The notes under the pieces: model-generated
Told to the model about the DNA's origin: nothing
The model's input: only the letters and a program-made list of their open reading frames with translations
The model's database searches: none
In this document: positions 16,043 through 25,306 of the stretch, in pieces
How positions within the stretch are numbered: the first letter of the stretch is position 1
Layout: the number at the start of each line of letters is the position of its first letter
Origin: Gemmatimonadota bacterium
GTDB taxonomy: Bacteria > Gemmatimonadota > Gemmatimonadetes > Palauibacterales > Palauibacteraceae
Assembly: GCA_039588275.1 (NCBI GenBank)
Contig: JBDHAC010000054.1
Location: forward strand, 1-30,357
DNA length: 30,357 bases
Direction: 5' to 3'
Made by a program: the position numbers and the translations under genes

Positions 16043-17806
16043 TCAGTAGCGCCAGCTCGTGAGGTCTGCGCCGGGCGGCGCGGACTCTCGAATGCGCTCC
16101 AGGATCCGCGGGACATACATCGTGTTGTAGCGGAGTCGCGAGATGGCATTGGGGTTCTCCTGGTCCCCGTTCCAGCAATGCTCCGCCCGATCTCCATAGT
16201 CCACTTCGCCGGCGTAATACGGGTCAGTAGTCCCCTCCAGGAACTCCTCGGTGAGGTACACGGCGTTGTTCAGGTAGTAGTTGTCCATGTCACCGACGTA
16301 GATGTGGACTTTCCCCTCGAGCTTGGGGCCGAGCGTGGCCCAATCGCGCTCCATGATGTGGCGCAGGTCGTAGTTCTCCCGCCAATACTCCGCCACCTCG
16401 GCGTCGATCTCGCCCGTCCGCTTGTCCCACAGCCGCCTCGGGTATCCGTCTTCACCCATCGGCGAGTACACCGCTTCCCAAATGTCCCATTGGTCGCCTG
16501 AACGGTTCTTCGTTCCCAGAACCAGTTCGAGGTGGTTGTATTCCCGTAAGGTGAGATCCACCTCGCCAAGCCAGTTTCGGTGACCGGGGCGTTCTACCCG
16601 CTTGAACGGGCCCTGCACGAAGTAGGCGTTTTCGTCCTCGTAGATGTTGACGAGCGTGTAGGCCCGAAAGTCGATGGGGTCCGGGCAGGCCGCGAACGTC
16701 CCGTTGTACTCGTCGGGATAGAGAACCTGGACAGCCAGGGCCTCCCAGCCACCCGTCGAGCCCCCGTACAGGAAGCGTGACCACCCCTCACCGAGCCCAC
16801 GGAACTCACTCTCGATGTAGGGAATCAGCTCGTGCGTGATGGCGTCGCCGTACGGCCCCAGGTTGGCCGAGTTCACGGCGTACGAATCGTCGTAGTATGG
16901 GTTCGCGTGTTGGACCTCGATGATGAGCATCCGCGGGAAGTCCGGCCCGGTCCAGGTCTGGTAGAACGCGTACGCTTCCTGCTGGACGATCCGGTTGTAG
17001 CAATCGACGTCGAATCGCGCGCTGTACGTGCACTCGAGGTCGGGGTCGGGGGGCTCGGTTCGGAAGCCTCCGAAGTCGGCCGGGAAGTGCCCGTGGAAGA
17101 CCATCAGTGGATATCGCGCCTCCGGGTGCTCGTCGAATCCCTCGGGGAGCAGGACGTGCGCACCCAGGTGCATCGGCCGCCCCCAGAACTCGCTCAATAG
17201 CTCGCTCTGGATCCGGACGTGCTTGATGTACTTCGTGTCCGCGGGCGGCTCGATCGGCGGGATGACCTGATCCAGCTCGATCGACAGACGCTCGGCACTC
17301 GAGGGATCGACCCTCAGGGTGCGGGGCGTGCTGAAGAGGTTCCCCGGCGCGCGGTTCCAGTGCTGCCCCTCACCCCGGTCCATCGGGAGCTTCACCGTCT
17401 TCCCGTTGGCCAAGTGGAAGGTCTCGTACCTGTGGAGCACGGCCTGCACGAGGTACTCGCCTGCCGGCACGCCTGAAAGGCTCTCGTGCGGAAAGCCGAA
17501 GGTGTCCGCGTCGATCACCGCTTCGACACCTGGCTGCATCCCCTGCACGTCGATCCCGAAGATCTGAGCTGCGCCGAGACCCGCCGTGACCTGAAAGCGG
17601 GGCTCCCGCCCGTCGTCGGTGGCGAGAATCAACAGGACGCGTCCATCCAGCGGGGATTCGCTCGACGATTCATCAAAGGATATACCCACCTCGAGTGCGG
17701 CCCGCGCCAGGCTGTCCGAGGCGCCCGTGTCGGGCCCGCAACCGGCCAGCACACCCACTCCCGTCAACGCGACCGTGAACGCGATGTAGGGGGAGATCTT
17801 CTTCAT
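16043..17806 (-). CDS. Lipoprotein, alpha/beta-hydrolase (putative esterase family)
   Basis: Start moved to ATG 17806 (MKKISPYIAF...VLAGC, a lipobox). Contains VLLPEGF..HPEARYP, the GGSTGG nucleophile elbow, VGDMDNY and AEHCW. Confidence 0.88.
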   Translation of the reverse strand: MKKISPYIAFTVALTGVGVLAGCGPDTGASDSLARAALEVGISFDESSSESPLDGRVLLILATDDGREPRFQVTAGLGAAQIFGIDVQGMQPGVEAVIDADTFGFPHESLSGVPAGEYLVQAVLHRYETFHLANGKTVKLPMDRGEGQHWNRAPGNLFSTPRTLRVDPSSAERLSIELDQVIPPIEPPADTKYIKHVRIQSELLSEFWGRPMHLGAHVLLPEGFDEHPEARYPLMVFHGHFPADFGGFRTEPPDPDLECTYSARFDVDCYNRIVQQEAYAFYQTWTGPDFPRMLIIEVQHANPYYDDSYAVNSANLGPYGDAITHELIPYIESEFRGLGEGWSRFLYGGSTGGWEALAVQVLYPDEYNGTFAACPDPIDFRAYTLVNIYEDENAYFVQGPFKRVERPGHRNWLGEVDLTLREYNHLELVLGTKNRSGDQWDIWEAVYSPMGEDGYPRRLWDKRTGEIDAEVAEYWRENYDLRHIMERDWATLGPKLEGKVHIYVGDMDNYYLNNAVYLTEEFLEGTTDPYYAGEVDYGDRAEHCWNGDQENPNAISRLRYNTMYVPRILERIRESAPPGADLTSWRY

Positions 17807-18123
17807 CCTTCTGCCTCTGCGTTCTGGGGAACGGATTGCCCCTGTCCTCGTTTCCGGAACGACCCCGCCCGGATGCCGCCCCCGAGAGGTTGTGGCGATC
17901 TGCAAACTGGCTCTCAAGCTACCCGTCCGGTGCGCGCTCCGCCTCCGGCCCACCCTGGTGAAAGACCGCTCCATCGTGTCCAGACCGGATATCGCGTGTG
18001 CACCACGCATCGAGGGGGGTGGCCGGGAAGGCCACGGTTAAGGGCGATCAGTGGGGTTGGCCTGCGAGAGAAGCGGAGGACCCGCGGGCGGGGGAATGAC
18101 GTCCCCGGCCCACGCGAACGAGT

Positions 18124-18138
18124 GGGCACGCCGGTTGC
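18124..18138 (+). promoter_or_regulatory. Putative sigma54 (RpoN) -24/-12 promoter
   Basis: GGGCACG-CCGG-TTGC matches the TGGCACG-N4-TTGC consensus with exact GG-N10-GC spacing, about 85 nt upstream of the PuuD-like gene. Confidence 0.6.
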
Positions 18139-18222
18139 GATTGGCCGGGGCGTGGTCACCGGCCGGCCAGCGACCGAGATCGCTCACCGGTCACGGTGGG
18201 GAGGCCAAAGCTCCGGATAGGC

Positions 18223-19026
18223 ATGCACGAGCGACCCGTCATCGGGGTACCGATCCAGACCCTCCAGGTTCTAGAGGGGCTGCCGAGGCACGTCCCGGAC
18301 TCCTGGGTCACCCCCCAGCGCTATGCCCGGGCGATCAGCGATCTCGGCGCACTGCCCTGGTTGATCCCCCTGCTCGAGGAAGATCCCGTCACTCTACGGG
18401 AGATCTACGAGCGGGTGGACGGACTCTTCCTGGCGGGGGGAGTGGACATCCATCCGGAAGCGTACTGCCACGAGTACCGGCGACTGTGCGGACGGACGGA
18501 CAGACCGCGCGACGAGGTGGAACTCCTCCTGACCCGTTGGGCCATCGAGGACGCCAAGCCCGTCTTTGGAGCGTGCCGTGGGATCCAACTCATCAACGTC
18601 GCCGCCGGAGGCACGTTGTATCAGGACGTGAGTGCCCAGCGACCCGGGAGCCTTCGGCACGACTACTTTCCGAGGTTCGGGTACGCGCGCGATTACCTGG
18701 CGCACGAGGTATCGATCAGGCCTGAATCTCGTCTGGAGGCGATTCTCGGACCGGGCTCGCTGAAGGTGAACAGCATGCACCATCAGGCGGTACTGGATCT
18801 GGCGCCCGGGCTCGTCGCCACCGCGCACGCGGACGACGGTCTGATCGAAGCGATCGAGGGTGCGGGAGATCACTTTCTGGTGGGCGTGCAGTGGCACCCC
18901 GAAGTGCTGGTCGGGGCCGACGAGGGCACCCGACGCCTGTTCGGGGAGTTCATCCGGGAGGCGGCACGCTTCCGCCAGGAGGGCCGGCGTCACCCGCCGC
19001 TCAACGAGGAACGGCTGGCCTCCTAG
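18223..19026 (+). CDS. Gamma-glutamyl-gamma-aminobutyrate hydrolase family (peptidase C26, class I glutamine amidotransferase, PuuD-like)
   Basis: RPVIGV, DGLFLAGGVDI, FGACRGIQ, VNSMHHQ and GVQWHPE motifs giving a Cys-His-Glu triad. Confidence 0.92.
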   Translation: MHERPVIGVPIQTLQVLEGLPRHVPDSWVTPQRYARAISDLGALPWLIPLLEEDPVTLREIYERVDGLFLAGGVDIHPEAYCHEYRRLCGRTDRPRDEVELLLTRWAIEDAKPVFGACRGIQLINVAAGGTLYQDVSAQRPGSLRHDYFPRFGYARDYLAHEVSIRPESRLEAILGPGSLKVNSMHHQAVLDLAPGLVATAHADDGLIEAIEGAGDHFLVGVQWHPEVLVGADEGTRRLFGEFIREAARFRQEGRRHPPLNEERLAS

Positions 19027-19057
19027 AGGGGCACGCGAGGTCGTTCACGGCAGCAGG

Positions 19058-19360
19058 TCAATCTTCGCGGCGGTGGAACCTCCGCCTGAACGAAGCGATC
19101 CGCGCCTCCCCGAGTAGCTCCTCGGCACTCTCCAGGTCGTGCGGCTTCGCCTCTCCTTCCGCCTCGGACGCGGGCAGGAACTCCAGCTTCTGCGCGAGCT
19201 CCTCGGGTGTTAGGCCCGTCAGCGGACAGCCCGCCTCGGCGCACTCCTCTCCCTCATCCACGCACTCGACCTGTTCCGGATCGAGTTCCTTCGTGCTCGG
19301 GTCCACACTGACGAGCACCTCGGCATCGCAGGCGCTGCAGTAGGTCCGGTACTGCTTCAT
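19058..19360 (-). CDS. Small acidic Cys-rich hypothetical protein
   Basis: GAGGGGG RBS; YCSACD...ECVDEGEECAEAGCP; GC3-rich codons; last gene in the run of minus-strand genes that includes rnf. Confidence 0.75.
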   Translation of the reverse strand: MKQYRTYCSACDAEVLVSVDPSTKELDPEQVECVDEGEECAEAGCPLTGLTPEELAQKLEFLPASEAEGEAKPHDLESAEELLGEARIASFRRRFHRRED

Positions 19361-19417
19361 TCGATCCCCCTCGTTCAGGCGGCGTGGACCGGCCGGCGCC
19401 GCGCACGGCGCCGGATC

Positions 19418-20476
19418 TCAGATTATATGGTCGATTCGCGCGCCGGGCGCCCACTCGGCCAACAATTGGGAGCGTTCGGGACCGCGTGCGAATACGGCCG
19501 TCGCGGCGGCATCCGCCGCGCCACAGGTGGCCGCTGCCACCGTCACGCTTCTCCAGCTCGAGGAGCGCGGCTCCCCGGTCTGCGGATCGAGGAGGTGGTG
19601 ATACCGACGCCCACCGTGCTCAAAGTACTGCACATAGTCGCCCGATGTGGCCACCGCCTCGTCAGCGACTTCCAGCGTCGTCGCGAGCCGCCTTGGATCG
19701 GCGGGCGATCGAACGCCGATCTTCCAGGCGTCGCCATCATCAGAACGTCCCAGGGCAAACAGGTCGCCACCCACGTTCACGAGCGCGTCCTTCCACCCGC
19801 GCTCGCGGAGCCGCGTGACCGCCCGATCCACCCCGATGCCCTTGCCGATCCCACCCAGATCGATGCCGGCGTCGGGGTGGTGAAGCCTGACCGACCAGGA
19901 CCCATCGCGCCCCTCCAGCTCGAGGTGCCGATACAGCTCCCGGCCGGCGAAGCGGCGCACCGTGGACGCGCGTGGCGGCTCACGCCGGGCGCCCACATCC
20001 CACATGAGGATCGCGCGCGCGAGACACGGGTCGAATGCACCACCGGTCACCTCCGCCCAGTATGTCGCATCGCGCAGGGCCGCCGCCGTCTGTCCATCGA
20101 TCGGCACCGCGCTTCCGGTGCGCGCGAGATTCGCGCGGCCGACGTCCGAGTCCGATCGGAACCGGGTGAGATGCCGCTCGACGGCCCGCAACTCCTCTAT
20201 CGCCGCATCGATCGCATGGTGAGCAGCGCGCGTGTCTCGGGTCGGGATGGCAATCTCCGCGATCGTCCCCATCATTGGGACTGACCGGCGGACCAACCGG
20301 CTTTCCCGGCCCCGCAAGACACCCGGGACCGACAGCACCACGAACGCCCCGGCCCCGAGCGACACGAAGTCTCGCCGGCTCAGAGATCGCTCCCCCGCGG
20401 ATCGCTCCCCCGCGATCCCGGGTCCTACTTCCACATCCGGCCGTCGCCCCTGCGAGGCGCGCTGTCGGGACCTCAT
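19418..20476 (-). CDS. apbE: FAD:protein FMN transferase with Tat-like signal
   Basis: SRRDFV twin-arginine motif, MMGT, GAFDP, IDLGGIGKG, VATSGDY, HHLLDP and ADAAATA motifs; start 20476 after GAAGGGAGG. Confidence 0.93.
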   Translation of the reverse strand: MRSRQRASQGRRPDVEVGPGIAGERSAGERSLSRRDFVSLGAGAFVVLSVPGVLRGRESRLVRRSVPMMGTIAEIAIPTRDTRAAHHAIDAAIEELRAVERHLTRFRSDSDVGRANLARTGSAVPIDGQTAAALRDATYWAEVTGGAFDPCLARAILMWDVGARREPPRASTVRRFAGRELYRHLELEGRDGSWSVRLHHPDAGIDLGGIGKGIGVDRAVTRLRERGWKDALVNVGGDLFALGRSDDGDAWKIGVRSPADPRRLATTLEVADEAVATSGDYVQYFEHGGRRYHHLLDPQTGEPRSSSWRSVTVAAATCGAADAAATAVFARGPERSQLLAEWAPGARIDHII

Positions 20477-20646
20477 GCTCGGCCTCCCTTCGCAGCGGGG
20501 TCGACCGGTGAGCCGTCGGCCCGCTCGCAGACGCCACCGCACCCGCCGTGGCACTGACCGCATTTTCCGGCAGCCGAGCGAGATCGGAGCACTCCGAACA
20601 CCGCGAACAGGAGGGCGAAGGCGAGTACCCCGAGCACTTCGTTCAT
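20473..20646 (-). CDS. 57-aa single-TM Cys-rich peptide (not in ORF track)
   Basis: MNEVLGVLAFALLFAVFGVLRSRSAAGKCGQCHGGCGGVCERADGSPVDPAAKGGRA*; GGAG RBS; the stop overlaps the apbE ATG (ATGA). Confidence 0.8.
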   Translation of the reverse strand: MNEVLGVLAFALLFAVFGVLRSRSAAGKCGQCHGGCGGVCERADGSPVDPAAKGGRA

Positions 20647-20689
20647 CGTTTGCGCTCCATTCCGATCGACACTGCCGGCGTTTTGACGG

Positions 20690-21268
20690 TCACTGGCTCA
20701 ACAAACCGGCGAAACCCATGAAAGCCAGGGAGAGACTCCCGGCCACGATCAGCACCAGCCCCATCCCCTTCGCCAGCTCGGGAACTTCGGCGAGCTCGGC
20801 TCGCTCCCGGATCGACGCCATCAACACGAGAGCCAGCGTCAGCCCCAGACCTGCCCCGAGAGCGAAGGCGAGGCCCTCGAAGAACCCGTAGCCCCGGTTC
20901 GTCTGGAAGATCGCGAGGCCCAGGATCGCGCAGTTCGTGGTAATCAGCGGCAGGAATATCCCGAGCTCCCGGAACAGCGTGGGGCTGATCTTCTTGATGG
21001 TCATCTCCACGATCTGGACCAGCGAGGCGATCACCACGATGAAGGAGATGAGTCTCAGATAGGGCGCCGACGCCAGCACGAACGTGTTCAGGACCCACGC
21101 GCTGAGGGACGTAATCGTCATCACGAAGATGTTCGCGGCCCCCATCCTGAGCGCGGTGGCGACCCGCGCCGACACCCCCATGAACGGGCACAGTCCCAGG
21201 AAGAGGTGCAACGTGAAGTTGTTGACCAGCATGGCCGACACGAAGATCCAGAAGAGCTCACCCATCAC
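20690..21268 (-). CDS. rnfA: Rnf complex subunit A
   Basis: LVNNFTLHLFLGLCPFMGVS, LGIFLPLITTNCAILG and SLAFMGFAG motifs. Confidence 0.95.
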   Translation of the reverse strand: MMGELFWIFVSAMLVNNFTLHLFLGLCPFMGVSARVATALRMGAANIFVMTITSLSAWVLNTFVLASAPYLRLISFIVVIASLVQIVEMTIKKISPTLFRELGIFLPLITTNCAILGLAIFQTNRGYGFFEGLAFALGAGLGLTLALVLMASIRERAELAEVPELAKGMGLVLIVAGSLSLAFMGFAGLLSQ

Positions 21269-22014
21269 GCGGCCCTCCTGTCAGCGACGCCATGCGGCCA
21301 GCGTCGGACTCGCGGTGTAGCAGATGGCTTTCGCCCCCGCCACCAGCCGAAGGCCAGCAGGATGAAGCCGAGCGTCAGGAACCCTCCGGGCGGCAGGATC
21401 ATAATGATCCACGGCTCAAAGTTGGGGCCGAGCACCTCGACTTCCAGTGGGGTCTCCCGAAACAGGCTCCCGTATCCAAGCAACTCGCGGATCGAACCGA
21501 TCATGAGCATGGCCACGAGGAAGCCGACGCCGACCCCGATCGCGTCGAGGACGGCCCGGCCGACCGGACGCTTGGAGGCGAACGCCTCCTGGCGGCCGAG
21601 AATCATGCAGTTAACCACGATCAGCGCGATGAAGGCGCCCAGCGCTTTGTGGGTGTCCGGTACCACGGCGGCCAAGACCATGTCCGTGATCGTCACGAAT
21701 GTGGCGATGATCAGGATAAAGGAGGCGATCCGCACTTCCTTGGGGATGACGCCCTTGAACAGAGAGACCAGGGTACTGGATCCGAGGAGCACGAAGAACG
21801 TGGCCAGCCCCATCGCCAGGCTGTTCCTCACCGTGTTGGTGACCGCCAGCGCGGGGCACAGACCCAGGAGCTGCACGAGCACCGGGTTCTCGCGCCAGAT
21901 GCCACGCAGGAAGTCGTATCCGGCGGTCGTCTCAAGGGCCGCGGGAGGAGGCGGTACTTCGATGGCGCCAGGGGTCCCTGCCAGCTCTTCGGACGGCACG
22001 TGCCCGTTCGCCAT
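21265..22014 (-). CDS. rnfE: Rnf complex subunit E
   Basis: ENPVLVQLLGLCPALAVT, LIVVNCMILGRQEAFA and ILPPGGF motifs; alternative TTG start at 22020. Confidence 0.95.
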   Translation of the reverse strand: MANGHVPSEELAGTPGAIEVPPPPAALETTAGYDFLRGIWRENPVLVQLLGLCPALAVTNTVRNSLAMGLATFFVLLGSSTLVSLFKGVIPKEVRIASFILIIATFVTITDMVLAAVVPDTHKALGAFIALIVVNCMILGRQEAFASKRPVGRAVLDAIGVGVGFLVAMLMIGSIRELLGYGSLFRETPLEVEVLGPNFEPWIIMILPPGGFLTLGFILLAFGWWRGRKPSATPRVRRWPHGVADRRAA

Positions 22015-22016
22015 GC

Positions 22017-22820
22017 TCAATCGCCTCCCTGCCCCGCATTCGCGGTGTCCGTGGTCTCTGCCCCGGCATCCCCGTCTTCGGGTGCAACCTCCGTGGTATC
22101 GCTCTCCTCAGCTTCGCCTTCGACCGGTGCCGCGACGGGAGGCGCCGGGGCTGGCGGAGGCTCGAATGCATCCAGCAGAGGCCGTAACACCTCAAGCCGC
22201 TCGTTGATGATATTGATGACGGTCCGGGACGAGATCGTTGCGCCGCTGATCATGTCGACCTCGTGCTCGTCCCCGGTAGCGCGGTTCGCCGTGACGCCCA
22301 CGAGCGGCGGTACGGCCCCGTCGAATTCGGCCAGCCACACGGTGTCCTTCTCGATCTTGTCCCCGAGTCCCGGGGTCTCCTTGTGCTCGAGCACCTTCAT
22401 CCCGATGACGAGCCCCGCCTGCGCATCGTAGCCGAACAGCAGGCGGATGAAGTCCTGGTAGCCCGGCAGCTCACCCGCGATCGCGTACCCGAGGGGTTCC
22501 CCCTCCGCGTTCCAGCCCAGATACACCCGGTCGAGCTCGGTCGAATCGGCGCCCGCCGGCAGCTCGGCGGTCAGCGCGCCGTCGTGCACCCAGATGGTGC
22601 TGGAGGTCTCCGGCGCGCCCAGCACCTCCTGGATCGCCACGCGCAGCGCCGCGGCCCGGTGCGCCTCGATGCGTGGCTGTGCCCACTGGAACACGAACAC
22701 GATCGCCAGCCCGGCCATCCCACCCGCCGCCGCAAGGGTGGATACCAGCCGCCAGGCAGGAACTTCCGAGCGCCCCCCGAGCCCCGAGCTCGGATGCTGG
22801 TGACCGGACGGATCATGCAT
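22017..22820 (-). CDS. rnfG: Rnf complex subunit G (FMN-binding)
   Basis: N-terminal TM, HKETPGLG, and DMISGATISS flavinylation motif. Confidence 0.92.
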   Translation of the reverse strand: MHDPSGHQHPSSGLGGRSEVPAWRLVSTLAAAGGMAGLAIVFVFQWAQPRIEAHRAAALRVAIQEVLGAPETSSTIWVHDGALTAELPAGADSTELDRVYLGWNAEGEPLGYAIAGELPGYQDFIRLLFGYDAQAGLVIGMKVLEHKETPGLGDKIEKDTVWLAEFDGAVPPLVGVTANRATGDEHEVDMISGATISSRTVINIINERLEVLRPLLDAFEPPPAPAPPVAAPVEGEAEESDTTEVAPEDGDAGAETTDTANAGQGGD

Positions 22821-22821
22821 G

Positions 22822-23829
22822 TCAGGCCTCGGCCTCCTCGACGATCCTCTCCCCGAACGGGCTCGGCTGCGTCGCGCGGTTGATGAACGGCACCAGCGCG
22901 TTCATGAACAGGATCGCGTACATGACGCCCTCCGGAAGACCACCCCAACTCCGAATCACGACCACGAGGAAGCCGATCCCCGCGCCGAAGATCCACGCGC
23001 CCGCGTTGGTGACCGGCGAGGTGACGGGATCGGTGGCCATGTACATGGCCCCGAGCATCAGTCCCCCGGAGAAGAGCGCGAAGACGGGATTCGCGTAACG
23101 GGTCGGGTCGAGCAGGAAGAGGAGCCCCGAGAAGACCGCCACCGTGCCGAGGATGCTGACCGGAATCCGCCAGTTCAGGAAGTTCCTCAGCCCCAGATAG
23201 CCGCCGCACAGCAGGATCACGAGCCCTGCCGTTTCACCGAGCGACCCGCCCGTGTTCCCGATCATGAGCGCGTAGCTCTCGGTCGGGGTGCTCTCGAACT
23301 TCATCAACCCCAGCGGCGTGGGGCTCGTGACCGCGTCGACCTCGGGGGGTGACATGAACGGAAGCGCCAGGTTCCCGCCCCGCAGGTCCCACCACGAGTC
23401 CGGCACGCCGGGCCACGTCGTGAGGGCGGCGGGGAACGCCGCCTGGAGGAACGCTCGTCCAAGGAGGGCGGGGTTGAAGATGTTCTGACCCAGCCCGCCG
23501 AAGATGAGCTTGCCGAACCCGATCGCGAACGCCCCGCCGACGAACGCCATCCACAAGGGCAGTCCCGGCGGCAGAATCAGCCCGAGCAGCACTCCGGTGA
23601 TGACTGCCGAGCCGTCACCGAGATTCTTCTCCGGACTGAACGCCAACTCGGTCAGCACCGCCCCGAGCGTCGCTGCCGCGAGCAGTAGCAGCGCGCTGGG
23701 TCCGAAGTAGTAGATGGCCGCCGCCACGACCGGCACCAGGCTGGCAGTCACGTTCCACATGATCCTCGGCGTGGAAACGGGCGCCTTGAGGTGCGGCGAG
23801 GGCGTGAGGTGCAGACGGACGTCCCCCAT
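22822..23829 (-). CDS. rnfD: Rnf complex subunit D
   Basis: SPHL, DGSAVITGVLL, FGGLGQNIFNPA, DAVTSPTPL (FMN-Thr site), GSLGETA, MATDPVTSP and PEGVMYAIL motifs; alternative GTG start at 23883. Confidence 0.95.
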   Translation of the reverse strand: MGDVRLHLTPSPHLKAPVSTPRIMWNVTASLVPVVAAAIYYFGPSALLLLAAATLGAVLTELAFSPEKNLGDGSAVITGVLLGLILPPGLPLWMAFVGGAFAIGFGKLIFGGLGQNIFNPALLGRAFLQAAFPAALTTWPGVPDSWWDLRGGNLALPFMSPPEVDAVTSPTPLGLMKFESTPTESYALMIGNTGGSLGETAGLVILLCGGYLGLRNFLNWRIPVSILGTVAVFSGLLFLLDPTRYANPVFALFSGGLMLGAMYMATDPVTSPVTNAGAWIFGAGIGFLVVVIRSWGGLPEGVMYAILFMNALVPFINRATQPSPFGERIVEEAEA

Positions 23830-23879
23830 GGGGCTGCCCCGGGGCGATCCGGTGCGTGACCGGCCCGCCTCTTCCCGAC

Positions 23880-25208
23880 TCACGCGGCCTGGGTCTCCAG
23901 CTTGCGCAGCCCGGCCTTGCCGAGCGCGAACATTTGCGAGAGCGGGATGTTCGACGGGCACACGTACGAGCAGCACCCGCACAGGACGCAGTCGGCCAGG
24001 TGAGCCTCCCCCATCTCTTCGTACCGTCCGGCCTGGGCCAATTGGCCGAGGAGGGATGGGTTCAGGAACATGGGGCAGGCATCCAGGCACGTTCCGCACT
24101 GGATGCAGGGGTAGCGCCGGCGCGGGCGGGACTCCTCGCGCGTCAGGATCACGACGCCCGTGGTGCCCTTGAGAATCGGGGCGTCGAGATCCGGTTGCGA
24201 CGCACCCATCATCGGCCCCCCGAACACGATCTCGGTGACATCGCCGACCAGACCCCCGCAAAACTCCAACGCGTCCCGCAGCTTCGTCCCGACGGGAACG
24301 ATCAGGTTGGAGGGTCGCGCGACCCCGGGCCCGGTCAGGGTGACCACGCGCTCGATCAGCGGCAGCCCGGTCTCGAACACCTCCGCGATCGCTGCGATGG
24401 ATCCCACGTTCTGGACGACGACACCGACATGCATCGGTAGCTTCCCCGCGGGGACCGAACGGTCGATCAGGGTCTTGATCAGCATCTTCTCGTACCCCTG
24501 CGGGTACTTGACCCTGACCGACTGAACCTTCACGTCGAGGTCATCGGGCAGGGTGGCCTCGAGCGCCTCGATCGCGTCCGGCTTGTTGTTCTCCACGCCG
24601 ATCACGGTTCGCTCCACGCCGAGCGCGTGCATCATCACGCGGATGCCGAAGTGCACGCGCTCCGGGTACTCGACCATGATCCGGTGGTCCGTCGTCAAGT
24701 AAGGCTCGCACTCGGCGGCGTTCACGATCAGCGTGCGCACCTCGATGCCCTCGGGGGGCAGCAGCTTCACGTGGGTCGGGAACGCGGCGCCGCCCAGCCC
24801 TACTACTCCCGCCTTGCGAACCGCCTCGACCACCTCTTGCGGCGAGAGTCCCTGCCACCGGGGGACGATGCGGGGGCGAGGCACCTGGGGTGAGTACGGG
24901 TCGGCCTCGAGCAGGATGGCCTCGGCGACGCTCCCGTCGGGGTGCGGCCACCAATCGATCTTCTTGACCGTTCCGGCGGAGGAGGCGTGGATCGGTACGG
25001 ACATCCACCCGTCGGCCTCCGCCACCGTGTCGCCGCGCTCCACGCGATCGCCCGGGCGGACGATCGGGATCGCTGGCTTCCCGGCGGCCTGACGCAGCGG
25101 GAGCACGATCTCCTCCGGAAACGGCATCCGGCGCACCGGAACCGTGGAGGTGAGCTCCTTTCGTTCCGGCGGGTGCACGCCGTGGCGGAACCCCGCTGCG
25201 AAACGCAT
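23880..25208 (-). CDS. rnfC: Rnf complex subunit C
   Basis: GVHPPERK, GVVGLGGAAFPTHVKL, NAAECEPYLTTD, GGPMMG, CIQCGTCLDACP and CVLCGCCSYVCP motifs. Confidence 0.96.
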   Translation of the reverse strand: MRFAAGFRHGVHPPERKELTSTVPVRRMPFPEEIVLPLRQAAGKPAIPIVRPGDRVERGDTVAEADGWMSVPIHASSAGTVKKIDWWPHPDGSVAEAILLEADPYSPQVPRPRIVPRWQGLSPQEVVEAVRKAGVVGLGGAAFPTHVKLLPPEGIEVRTLIVNAAECEPYLTTDHRIMVEYPERVHFGIRVMMHALGVERTVIGVENNKPDAIEALEATLPDDLDVKVQSVRVKYPQGYEKMLIKTLIDRSVPAGKLPMHVGVVVQNVGSIAAIAEVFETGLPLIERVVTLTGPGVARPSNLIVPVGTKLRDALEFCGGLVGDVTEIVFGGPMMGASQPDLDAPILKGTTGVVILTREESRPRRRYPCIQCGTCLDACPMFLNPSLLGQLAQAGRYEEMGEAHLADCVLCGCCSYVCPSNIPLSQMFALGKAGLRKLETQAA

Positions 25209-25306
25209 CGATCGCCTCCCGTCCCCGGAGGCCAGACGACACCTATGGGTCGAGCGGGCCGCTGCAGTCCTCCAGCGGCGCCGGTGCTACCGCGACCCCG
25301 GGCGAG

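Noticed and set aside
20548..20562. CxxCH heme c motif (CGQCH) in the mini peptide
   Set aside because: The positive-inside rule places this segment in the cytoplasm, and two further Cys residues favour Fe-S or Zn binding. Not fully excluded.
20690..25208. Na+-NQR instead of Rnf
   Set aside because: An RnfC with two 4Fe-4S motifs is present, and there is no NqrA or NqrF.
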